Shown: one piece after another, positions 1-8,140 of the stretch
Position numbering within the stretch: position 1 is the stretch's first letter
Layout of the letters: every line of letters starts with the position of its first letter
The notes under the pieces: generated by a model
Databases searched by the model: none
What the model saw: the letters and a program-made list of their open reading frames with translations, nothing else
Told to the model about the DNA's origin: nothing
Assembly (NCBI GenBank): GCA_016744855.1
Contig: JADGDO010000017.1
Span: 572-64,571 of the forward strand
Direction: 5' to 3'
DNA: 64,000 nt
Origin: Candidatus Fermentibacteraceae bacterium
GTDB taxonomy: Bacteria > Fermentibacterota > Fermentibacteria > Fermentibacterales > JCC-6
Translations under genes and position numbers: made by a program

Positions 1-566
1 AAAGTCAGGCTGTAGACAGACTTCTTAAAAGGGTTAAAGCTTTCTCGCTTGCTGGTCAGTGGGAGAAGGCTGAAACTATTCTTGACAAGCTCATCGCAGG
101 TCGCCCCTGGGACAAAGCGATGTTGCTCGCACGGGCCGAAGTCAAGAAAAAAAGATGGCTAGCGGCAGGATGTGACGACTTCCATCTTCTCGGGAAAGCA
201 ATCAAACACTATTCCAGGTGTTCACTGATTACCGGCACTGTTGAAGCAGGAATAAATACTGCAACTCTTATGCTCCTTGGAGGCCGGGAAGAGGAAGCAC
301 ACGAAAGAGCGGATGAAATTGCTTATCACTGTAGAAAACTCATCATGGAAAAAGATGTTCAAAAGGAATCATATCTGGCAGCTGTCATTGCCGAAGTTCA
401 CATGATTAATGGTCGTTTCCATCACGCTGAAACATGGTACAAAACAGCATTCGAGCAGAGTAGCGAAATGCCGGACCATGTTTTGATAAATATGAATCTG
501 CTGCTTGAACATCATGTTCCAGATACTGCTACTATTATCAGAATCAGGAAAGCTGTAGGGGCATAA
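1..566 (+). CDS. C-terminal fragment of a helical-repeat (TPR-like) protein; 5' end outside window
   Basis: Frame 3 is open from base 3 to the TAA at 564-566; the track starts it only at the internal Met at 120. Helical repeat-like sequence (GINTATLMLLGG...YLAAVIAEVHMINGRFHHAETWYKTAF) recalls DUF4071/TRAFs-binding-type TPR modules. Family call is from memory. Confidence 0.45.
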   Translation, partial: SQAVDRLLKRVKAFSLAGQWEKAETILDKLIAGRPWDKAMLLARAEVKKKRWLAAGCDDFHLLGKAIKHYSRCSLITGTVEAGINTATLMLLGGREEEAHERADEIAYHCRKLIMEKDVQKESYLAAVIAEVHMINGRFHHAETWYKTAFEQSSEMPDHVLINMNLLLEHHVPDTATIIRIRKAVGA

Positions 567-1013
567 TCAGCGCTGCACACTCCACGCATCAGGATATCCA
601 CTGGATCTAAGCTGATTTCTCAGTGAATCCGTTCCAGATGAAGTTGCAAATGAACCAACTCGAACCTTGTAGTAGCTACCGGTATGATCAATAAACACAG
701 GGTGATTTGTTTCTGCTGCAACAGTATCACGCAAGGTTAGAGCTGCATCCATGGAACCACAGGCAGCAATTTGAATAGACCAAGGGCCAGCTGATTCTAT
801 CTGTTCAACCATCTCGATCTCTGAATCACCCTCAGCCGGAAACGTGATTGAAGCTACAGGTCCAAAACCCGCAAATGGATCCCCTGAATATCCAGGAGGG
901 TCTGCATATGGATCCGGATTAGTATCGATTGAATCATCTGTAGAGGAGGTTGTTCCACACCCTGTAACTCCTGCAATCAGTAAAGCAAAAGACAAAACTA
1001 TCAGGTATTTCAT
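567..1013 (-). CDS. SPOR-domain lipoprotein (peptidoglycan binding)
   Basis: Lipoprotein signal LLIAGVTGC. C-terminal SPOR-like domain (WSIQIAACGSMDAALTLRD...YYKVRVGSFATSSGTDSLRNQLRSSGYPDAW). Confidence 0.8.
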   Translation of the reverse strand: MKYLIVLSFALLIAGVTGCGTTSSTDDSIDTNPDPYADPPGYSGDPFAGFGPVASITFPAEGDSEIEMVEQIESAGPWSIQIAACGSMDAALTLRDTVAAETNHPVFIDHTGSYYKVRVGSFATSSGTDSLRNQLRSSGYPDAWSVQR

Positions 1014-1945
1014 TTTCTTCCCTCCGCAGCCTTGATGAATACATCAAGGAGAGGCAACATCAGTTCGTGATGCCCTGTAACTTCGACCGTCTGCCCTCCG
1101 AGAGCATCAACAGGACGACGGACAACATTAGAAGTCGATCTGTACTGTTTTATCATATCAAAATCGGCTGTTGTTATATTTTCGACTGGATAACCAAGGT
1201 TACGTACTGAAGAAAGGGCCTTTAGAAAAACTTCCGGCATTACGACAGCACTACCGGCGTTTAGAACCACCCCATTCGCAAGATTACCGACAACCTCTGC
1301 AAATGATACAAAATCTTTCTCGGCTTCCCGTCCCAGATCAGCCCAGTTCACATGATGTATAGGATGAACAATATCTGAACCCAGACTGGGGTGAACAGTA
1401 ACAGTGCAATCATTCTCTAAGGCAGCCGCGATGGGACTGATTGAAGTGTTGCCACCATTCTCAATTATTTCAAGAGCAATACCCCGGCCTATCCCCTGCT
1501 GACGATTGAGAGCACTCCCGTAGTGGATTGATGTTTCCTTCCACATGCCGAAAGATCCATCTTTAATGCCAGCCTGAACATCCTCTGACGTTGCTCCGTA
1601 AAGAGACATTTCAAGATCGTGTATTGAACCCGCTCCATTCGTAGCTAGAGCCGTGAAGACTCCTTCATTGAGCCAACGAACGATGAGGGGGCCAAGACCG
1701 CATTTGATTACATGCCCGCCGTACATGAGCAATCGTGCACTGCCGGCTTCCCTTGCATCAAGCAGAGCACGGGCCAATTTCTTCATCTCGCGTACGGCTA
1801 GAACATCCGGCAGAGCTTGAACAAACTCATCCACTGGTGTATCAACCTGCCATTCTCCGACTAGGAGATCTTTGGTTACTTTCGATGTTCTCCCGGAGAG
1901 GGTTTTCAGGGTCAGATCTTCTCTTATAAACTTAGTAAACTTCAT
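1010..1945 (-). CDS. deoxyhypusine synthase-like (DHS-like NAD-binding fold) family protein
   Basis: 311 aa. LLMYGGHVIKCGLGPLIVRWLNEGVFTALATNGAGSIHDLE resembles the DHS family core. 4-nt overlap with the downstream SPOR gene. Assignment is tentative. Confidence 0.45.
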   Translation of the reverse strand: MKFTKFIREDLTLKTLSGRTSKVTKDLLVGEWQVDTPVDEFVQALPDVLAVREMKKLARALLDAREAGSARLLMYGGHVIKCGLGPLIVRWLNEGVFTALATNGAGSIHDLEMSLYGATSEDVQAGIKDGSFGMWKETSIHYGSALNRQQGIGRGIALEIIENGGNTSISPIAAALENDCTVTVHPSLGSDIVHPIHHVNWADLGREAEKDFVSFAEVVGNLANGVVLNAGSAVVMPEVFLKALSSVRNLGYPVENITTADFDMIKQYRSTSNVVRRPVDALGGQTVEVTGHHELMLPLLDVFIKAAEGRK

Positions 1946-2672
1946 GGGGGTATCTCACCTCCGTAAGTATCAGTCCACAGGCAGGTAACGATGGACCTGC
2001 AAGTTCTTTATCTTTACTCTCAAGTATACTCAGTACTGTTTCAGGGAGAATTTTCCCGGAACCTATCCGCAGGATGGTTCCAGACCAGATCCGTACAACT
2101 CCCCTCAGAAACCTGTTGGCTGTAATTGTCAGTGTCCAGCCCCTGTCATTTTCTCTGACGGAAGCAGATAAAACATTCATGTCCCAGGTAGAATTACCTC
2201 CACCCTCTCTTGCAAAACCGCGCCAGTTTGAATGTCCGAGAGAGAATTCGCAGGCTTTTTGCATTAATCCGGTATCAAAGTCGCCTCTTTTGGGCTGATA
2301 TTGATACCTGTTATGAAGAGGATGTCTGCCCTTCCCTATATGATAATCGTAACTTCTTGAAACAGCGTCAAACCTTGCATGAAAATCGTCATGAACCCTC
2401 CGGACAGATAAGCATGAGATATCAGAGGGCAACATTGTATTAAGACCTTTTTCTATTCTACTGTATTCCCCAGGTTCAATATCAAAATGTACCGGCATAA
2501 ATGCAGCATGTACTCCAGCGTCAGTCCTGCCGGCTCCCGTAACAGCGACTCTTCTGCCGCACATTCTCTTCAGAGCTTTTTCGATTTCACCCTGTACTGT
2601 TACATCTCTGGGTTGTATCTGCCAGCCGCAGTATGCAGTTCCATCAAACTCAAACCTGGTTAGCAATCTCAT
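1932..2672 (-). CDS. truA: tRNA pseudouridine(38-40) synthase TruA
   Basis: FEFDGTAYCGWQIQP and GAGRTDAGVHA catalytic-Asp motif. Start moved to Met18 (ATGA overlap with the upstream gene stop at 2669). Confidence 0.9.
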   Translation of the reverse strand: MRLLTRFEFDGTAYCGWQIQPRDVTVQGEIEKALKRMCGRRVAVTGAGRTDAGVHAAFMPVHFDIEPGEYSRIEKGLNTMLPSDISCLSVRRVHDDFHARFDAVSRSYDYHIGKGRHPLHNRYQYQPKRGDFDTGLMQKACEFSLGHSNWRGFAREGGGNSTWDMNVLSASVRENDRGWTLTITANRFLRGVVRIWSGTILRIGSGKILPETVLSILESKDKELAGPSLPACGLILTEVRYPHEVY

Positions 2673-3247
2673 ACGAAAAAACCTTCCGCAATCCCGGAAA
2701 CAGATATAAGCAGAAAAACCCATGAGATAACTGCAACGGAAAGAGGGAGAATTCCAATAGGCTTCCGCTGAGGAGAATGGAGCTCTGCTCCAGCAACCGA
2801 ATCACCTGCGCTCTGAATAATTCTTCGGAATAAAGGTAGCTCGGAATTATCAACCCAGAACTTCCTGACATTGATTGCAGTACTACCCGCCAGAAGCATC
2901 AAATCTGACAACCTGCGGGTAAAAGGAATCGATTCCAACGACCCAAGAACAGAGGCCATGCCAGCGGTGCCAAGCTCCGCTGCAAAATATGTTCCAGATG
3001 CTAAAGCGCAAATCCATCGGATTGAACGGACATAGCCGGAATCATCACCAACGAAGTATGCCCAGATAAGAAAAATAACTGGAGGAAGGGTCATGAAAAA
3101 AAGCCTCTTACAATACATCCACCTGCGTTGAGTAATTGCAACGAGGGGAAAAAGAATAAAGAAGTAGAGAGAATCGCCAGTGCACAACATCGCAGAGAGA
3201 GGAACTGCCAGCAAAGCTGAGAAAAGCATAAAATCAGCAGTCATCAC
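2669..3247 (-). CDS. hypothetical polytopic membrane protein
   Basis: 192 aa with several hydrophobic helices. Stop/start coupled to rluD upstream and truA downstream. No family recognised. Confidence 0.5.
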   Translation of the reverse strand: MMTADFMLFSALLAVPLSAMLCTGDSLYFFILFPLVAITQRRWMYCKRLFFMTLPPVIFLIWAYFVGDDSGYVRSIRWICALASGTYFAAELGTAGMASVLGSLESIPFTRRLSDLMLLAGSTAINVRKFWVDNSELPLFRRIIQSAGDSVAGAELHSPQRKPIGILPLSVAVISWVFLLISVSGIAEGFFV

Positions 3248-4230
3248 TCTTTACCGGCTGATACAGAGTCGAGTTTCTTCTGGACCAGGCGGAATTCTAT
3301 TGGTGGTGCGGAATTGAACTCGAGTTCCTCGCCGGTAATCGGATGAATAAAGCCCAGAGTCTCGGCATGAAGCATTTGGTGAGTTGCTAATCTGGAGACA
3401 TCAGCAATCAGTTCCCGGTTTTCTCTTGTTGAAGGAACACCCCTGGGAGCCATACCACCGTATTTTGAATCTGAAATAATAGGGCAATTTCTCAACACTG
3501 ACATGTGTACCCTGATCTGATGTGTTCTACCGGTTTCAAGCCGGCATTCGATGAGGCTTGCTATAGAATACTTTTTGATAGTGCGGTAATTCGTTGCTGC
3601 TCTTCTGCCGCTTTCTATCACTGTCATCTTCTGTCTGTTATGAGGATCTCTGCCAATTGGTCCGCTAATTCTTCCAGCCGGGGGTGTTGGAAAACCCCAG
3701 CAGAGAGCTACATACCTTCTTTTAACTGTTCTTGCAGCCAGTTGGGCAGAAAGGTTTCTGTGAGTTTCGTCTTCTTTAGCAACCATCATCAGGCCAGTAG
3801 TGTCTTTATCAAGCCGGTGTACAATACCCGGCCGGAGATCACCTGAGATGCCGGAAAGAGTATCCCGGCAATGATACAGCAAAGCGTTCACCAGTGTTCC
3901 GTTTCGTGTACTTGGAGTTGGATGAACCACCAGCCCGGCATGCTTATCAATTACTATCAGATGATTGTCTTCGTAAACAATGTCTATCGGAATATTCTCA
4001 GCTACAAGATCTATAGGTTCCGGATCAGGAACATGCACTTTTACAAGTTGGTTACTTTTGAGATGAGTTGACGGCTTAACTGATGTCTCGCCGTCAACCA
4101 TAACATGACCATTTCTGATAAGCGTGCTTATGTAGCTTCTGCTTAGGCCAAGATCATCCTGAAGGGCAAGGAAACTATCCAGCCTAAGGCCGGTATCATC
4201 GCTCTCAACCCCGTACTCAGGAATACTCAA
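3244..4230 (-). CDS. rluD: 23S rRNA pseudouridine synthase, RluA/RluD family (N-terminal S4 domain)
   Basis: S4-like N-terminus (RLDSFLA...SRSYISTLIRNGHVMVDG), catalytic HRLDKDTTGLMMVAK, and GRTHQIRVHM. Confidence 0.9.
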   Translation of the reverse strand: MSIPEYGVESDDTGLRLDSFLALQDDLGLSRSYISTLIRNGHVMVDGETSVKPSTHLKSNQLVKVHVPDPEPIDLVAENIPIDIVYEDNHLIVIDKHAGLVVHPTPSTRNGTLVNALLYHCRDTLSGISGDLRPGIVHRLDKDTTGLMMVAKEDETHRNLSAQLAARTVKRRYVALCWGFPTPPAGRISGPIGRDPHNRQKMTVIESGRRAATNYRTIKKYSIASLIECRLETGRTHQIRVHMSVLRNCPIISDSKYGGMAPRGVPSTRENRELIADVSRLATHQMLHAETLGFIHPITGEELEFNSAPPIEFRLVQKKLDSVSAGKE

Positions 4231-4235
4231 GAATC

Positions 4236-4718
4236 TTAGTTCTCTCTGTAGATCAGGTGGTAACCGAACTGAGTTTCAACGATTCCGGACATTCCGCCAA
4301 CTGGGAGAGCAAATGCTGCTTCTTCAAATGCTGGAACCATTGCACCACGACCGAACTCACCGAGCATTCCACCGTCTGCACTGGAAGGACAGTCGGAGAA
4401 GTCTACAGCAGCCTGTGTGAATTCAATCTCACCGGAGTTGATTCTTTCGTTGATGCCCTCGATAAGAACGAGTGCTTCTTCTTTGGTGCGTCCAAAGCTT
4501 TCATTAACGGCACAGCCATCATAACAAACAAGTATGTGTCTGGCTGTAACTGATGTAAGAGGTGCGTCTGCCACTTCAATTTCCTCCACTGGATCGATTT
4601 CTGTAGTTTCAATTGTTTCTACTTGAGAATCCTCGATTGTTGCATCAGCAGCAGGCTCTTCCTGACCGCATGCGATAACAAGTAATAGCGCTGGTAACAG
4701 GTAGAATAGTTTTTTCAC
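4236..4718 (-). CDS. parvulin-type peptidyl-prolyl cis-trans isomerase lipoprotein
   Basis: Signal plus lipobox LLVIAC. PpiC rotamase domain (ARHILV...GGMLGEFGRGAMVPAFEEAAF...SGIVETQFGYHLIY). Confidence 0.85.
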   Translation of the reverse strand: MKKLFYLLPALLLVIACGQEEPAADATIEDSQVETIETTEIDPVEEIEVADAPLTSVTARHILVCYDGCAVNESFGRTKEEALVLIEGINERINSGEIEFTQAAVDFSDCPSSADGGMLGEFGRGAMVPAFEEAAFALPVGGMSGIVETQFGYHLIYREN

Positions 4719-4874
4719 AATTTCTCCTTTTATTGAAAGTTAAGGTTCAAGGCAGGAATATAGCCTCTTTTGAGAGAGTTGACACCGATAGAGGTCACAA
4801 CCGATAGTATGGTTATGCTCTGTTAAGTCAATTGTATTGCTTATATAAAATGTAACCAGAAAGGGGGGTCCCAA

Positions 4875-6077
4875 GTGGACCGATCTTCCTATTTCAGCAC
4901 CCGCGCAAACAGCATGAAGCGTTCTGTAATCAGAGAACTGCTCAAACTAACACACAATCCTGAGATTATTTCCTTTGCGGGTGGACTTCCTGCCCCGCAG
5001 ACATTTCCTGTAGAGTACGTAAAAAGAGCTGCTACCAAAGTGCTCGACGAAGAACACGGCAAAGCTCTTCAGTACGGAGCTACAGAGGGTGACCCAAGGC
5101 TTCGCCGCAAACTTGCTGAGATAATGCAGAAAGACGGTATTGATGCAGACCCAGACAAGGTTCTTGTAACAACAGCAAGTCAGCAGGGTCTTGAACTCAT
5201 GTCAAAAGTCTTTTTCAATCCTGGAGACACCTGCATTGTCGGTCTCCCCACCTACCTTGGCGGATTACAGGCCATAAAGAGCTATGGTGGTGTACCCATC
5301 GGTGTTGAACTTGATGAGCATGGCATGATCCCAGAAAAGCTTATTGAGACTCTCGATAAACTAGAGGCCGAGGGCAGAAGACCAAGACTTCTCTACATAA
5401 TTCCGGATTTCCAGAATCCCGCAGGAGTCACTATCCCGGTGGAACGAAGAAAAGAAATTGTAAAAATCGCTCGCGAGAGAGACTATATAATTGTAGAGGA
5501 TACACCCTACAGACAAATTAGATTTGAAGGAGAGCATCAGACCACCTTCCAGGCTCTTGCTCCTGAAAGAGTCATCAGTCTCTATACATTCTCTAAGATC
5601 ATGCTTCCCGGTTTCCGTCTTGGCTGGGCTTACGGACCGGAATGGCTGATAGACAAGTTTGTAATGGCCAAGCAGTCAATGGATCTTTGTACTCCTCCAT
5701 TCAACCAGGCTATCACATATCATATGCTCGAAGAGGGCGCTCTTGAAATAGGACTGAAGGAAACAATCAAACTCTACAAGAAACGCTGCAAAGTGATGCT
5801 TGAAGAGTTGGACAAGAACCTTGGTGATGTGGAAGGCGTTTCCTGGACAGTACCTGAGGGTGGACTTTTCCTCTGGCTTACAGTACCTGAGGGAATGAAC
5901 ACTGACGAGCTTTTTGACAAAGCCATCAAAGAAAATGTTGCTTATGTACCGGGTAGCGCATTCTTCCCGCTGAATGAGGACCACCGCTCTATGCGCCTTA
6001 ATTTCAGCTACAGTAATGAAGAAAAGATAATTGAGGGTTGCAGACGCCTCGGGAAACTCATCAAAGAATCCCTTTAA
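4875..6077 (+). CDS. PLP-dependent aminotransferase, class I/II (2-aminoadipate/aromatic aminotransferase-like)
   Basis: 400 aa. PLP-lysine region YTFSKIMLPGFRLGW. GTG start preceded by AAAGGGGGG. Confidence 0.85.
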   Translation: MDRSSYFSTRANSMKRSVIRELLKLTHNPEIISFAGGLPAPQTFPVEYVKRAATKVLDEEHGKALQYGATEGDPRLRRKLAEIMQKDGIDADPDKVLVTTASQQGLELMSKVFFNPGDTCIVGLPTYLGGLQAIKSYGGVPIGVELDEHGMIPEKLIETLDKLEAEGRRPRLLYIIPDFQNPAGVTIPVERRKEIVKIARERDYIIVEDTPYRQIRFEGEHQTTFQALAPERVISLYTFSKIMLPGFRLGWAYGPEWLIDKFVMAKQSMDLCTPPFNQAITYHMLEEGALEIGLKETIKLYKKRCKVMLEELDKNLGDVEGVSWTVPEGGLFLWLTVPEGMNTDELFDKAIKENVAYVPGSAFFPLNEDHRSMRLNFSYSNEEKIIEGCRRLGKLIKESL

Positions 6078-6094
6078 ATCCCGAATCGCATACA

Positions 6095-6126
6095 AGGAGG
6101 GTGCTTACGGGCACCCTCCTTTTTTA
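6095..6126 (+). terminator. intrinsic terminator after the aminotransferase gene
   Basis: aggagggtgc / gcaccctcct stem followed by TTTTT, about 18 nt after the stop codon. Confidence 0.7.
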
Positions 6127-6222
6127 CAAGTGCATCCTTCGGAACCCCGACCTGTTCGATTTGGTATGACGATTATATGTTTCAGCATGAAATGTAACAA
6201 ACAAAATACATAAGGAGAACCA

Positions 6223-7197
6223 ATGAACCTTTCAACAGTGTACATGAGCATGAAGCTCCGGAACCCTGTCATTGTGGGCAGTTGCGGTCTCACAAGCACT
6301 CCTGAAAAAGTAAAAAGTTGTGCTGATGCTGGAGCAGGAGCGGTAATTCTTAAATCTATCTTTGAAGAACAGATTGAAGCAGAACTCGGATCACTTTCAG
6401 ATAGCGGGAACTGGTATCCTGAAGCCAGTGACTATATCAACAGCTACGGTATGGAGAATGCTGTATCAAATTACCTTACACTTCTTGAAAACTCCAGAAA
6501 ACTGACTGATATTCCTGTAATACCAAGCATTCACTGTTTTGGAAAAGGCAACTGGATTGAGTATGCAAAGAAGCTTGAGAATGCAGGGGCTTCCGCCATT
6601 GAATTGAACGCTTTCATTCTCCCGTCCGATCCGAGGAAAAAAGGTCGTGAGAACGAAAACACAATTCTTGATATTGTCACCGACATAAAATCGCAGACAA
6701 GTATTCCTGTTTCTGTAAAAATAGGAAGATACTTCTCCAGCCTTTCCTGTTTTGTAAAAGAGCTTGATGACTGCGGTGTTGATGGAGTAATTCTCTTCAA
6801 CCGATTTAACAGGATAGATTTCGATATCGATAAACTTGAAGTTATCGGAGGATCCTCTTTTTCCAGCCCCGGTGAAATGGAATCAGTATTGCGTTGGGTC
6901 AGCATGCTGAGCCCAGTAACCGCTTGCGATATCGCCGCAACAACTGGAATTCATGATGGAGAGGCAGTAATCAAGTTCCTTCTTGCCGGAGCAAATGCAG
7001 TGCAGATTTCTTCAACTCTCTACAAAAATGGTTTGGGAGAAATAGCTAAGATACACGGCTTCATTGCCGACTGGATGCGCAAACACAACTACAACAGCAT
7101 CGAAGAGTTCCAGGGCAAGCTAAGTCAAAACAAAACAAATAACCCTGCTGAATACCAGAGAGTTCAGTTCATGAAAACATCAGTGGGTGCAGTATAG
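6223..7197 (+). CDS. dihydroorotate dehydrogenase-like (class 1 DHOD/DPD-like TIM barrel) protein
   Basis: LRNPVIVGSCGLTSTPEKVKSCADAGAGAVILKSIFEEQ and later barrel strands. AAGGAGA SD. Not adjacent to other pyr genes. Confidence 0.75.
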   Translation: MNLSTVYMSMKLRNPVIVGSCGLTSTPEKVKSCADAGAGAVILKSIFEEQIEAELGSLSDSGNWYPEASDYINSYGMENAVSNYLTLLENSRKLTDIPVIPSIHCFGKGNWIEYAKKLENAGASAIELNAFILPSDPRKKGRENENTILDIVTDIKSQTSIPVSVKIGRYFSSLSCFVKELDDCGVDGVILFNRFNRIDFDIDKLEVIGGSSFSSPGEMESVLRWVSMLSPVTACDIAATTGIHDGEAVIKFLLAGANAVQISSTLYKNGLGEIAKIHGFIADWMRKHNYNSIEEFQGKLSQNKTNNPAEYQRVQFMKTSVGAV

Positions 7198-7210
7198 ACT
7201 CTTTTATCAA

Positions 7211-7237
7211 AGCCGGGCTTAGGCCCGGCTTTTTTTT
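7211..7237. terminator. bidirectional intrinsic terminator between convergent DHOD-like and eamA genes
   Basis: agccgggc-ttag-gcccggct stem-loop with a T7 run downstream and A-rich sequence upstream. Overlaps the last codons of the EamA gene. Confidence 0.75.
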
Positions 7238-8073
7238 GATGCTACCAGATAGCTTCCCGCTCCGGCAAGAAACAATCCTATTACAAAATGCAAGCTCACT
7301 GTTTCACCGATAAACACTATCGCAAGAACTGTAGCTACAGCCGGCTTAAGAAGAAAGATGACCGATGCATTTCCAGCTCCCAGTTTCCGGATAGCAGTAT
7401 GGAAAGTTACATATCCAAGACCGCTTACGCCAATTCCCAGAAAAAGGAAAGAAGGAATTTCCGATTTGAGGGGAGCGGGGCTCAGCGAAACACCGCTTAC
7501 AGTCAGCCAAATAGCTAGAGCTGCCAGACCAAAAGCGAAAGAGATAACATTTACTGTTACAGGATCGCAGTTCAGCGAAGCCTTTCTCCCAAGAAGAATG
7601 TATATGGCGAATGTGATTGAAGCTGCAAGTGCGTAGAGGGTTCCTGTGTCAATTGTCAAGGTGTGTAAACCTGTAACCAGAACAAGACCGGATATTGCCA
7701 GAATAAGACCCAGTCCCCTCTTTCGGGAGAATTTTTCCCATCCGAGGATTGCAGCAAATATCAAAACAAAAACGGGGTTTGAACAGAAAACTGTGGCTGC
7801 TCTGGCTGCAGAATCATGCTTCACAGCCAGTTGCAGAAAAGACATGCTCATGAATGTATTCAGAATACCCATAAGAGCAAGGACAAGAATATTACCGGCG
7901 GACAAATTCACTTTTCTGCGTTTGAAAAGCATAACAATTCCAAGAACAAGAATGCCGCACACAAAACGCCAGAATGTAAGTACAAGAGGATCAACGGTGC
8001 CCATCAGTGGCTTACTTGCAACTTCCACTGAGGCAAATAGAAGAAGAGTTATCAAAAAACTGAGGATTCCCAT
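7219..8073 (-). CDS. EamA/DMT superfamily transporter
   Basis: 284 aa, about 10 TM helices. Two EamA-like halves (FASVEVASKPL..., ...GIGVSGLGYVTFHTAIRKLGAGNASVIFLLKP). Confidence 0.85.
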   Translation of the reverse strand: MGILSFLITLLLFASVEVASKPLMGTVDPLVLTFWRFVCGILVLGIVMLFKRRKVNLSAGNILVLALMGILNTFMSMSFLQLAVKHDSAARAATVFCSNPVFVLIFAAILGWEKFSRKRGLGLILAISGLVLVTGLHTLTIDTGTLYALAASITFAIYILLGRKASLNCDPVTVNVISFAFGLAALAIWLTVSGVSLSPAPLKSEIPSFLFLGIGVSGLGYVTFHTAIRKLGAGNASVIFLLKPAVATVLAIVFIGETVSLHFVIGLFLAGAGSYLVASKKSRA

Positions 8074-8140
8074 CTACTTCACTCCAATACATTCCGGGGG
8101 AACCTTTTCAGGCTCCCCCGGTTTTTCACTACTTATATTA

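Noticed and set aside
8094-8121. GC-rich hairpin ccggggga...ctcccccgg between tpi and eamA as an intrinsic terminator
   Set aside because: The U-tract lies on the plus strand, where there is no gene to terminate. On the minus strand, downstream of pgk/tpi, the stem is followed by AATGTATT. A similar CCCCCGGG-containing hairpin at 61296-61329 is the only other copy, so it is not a convincing REP family.
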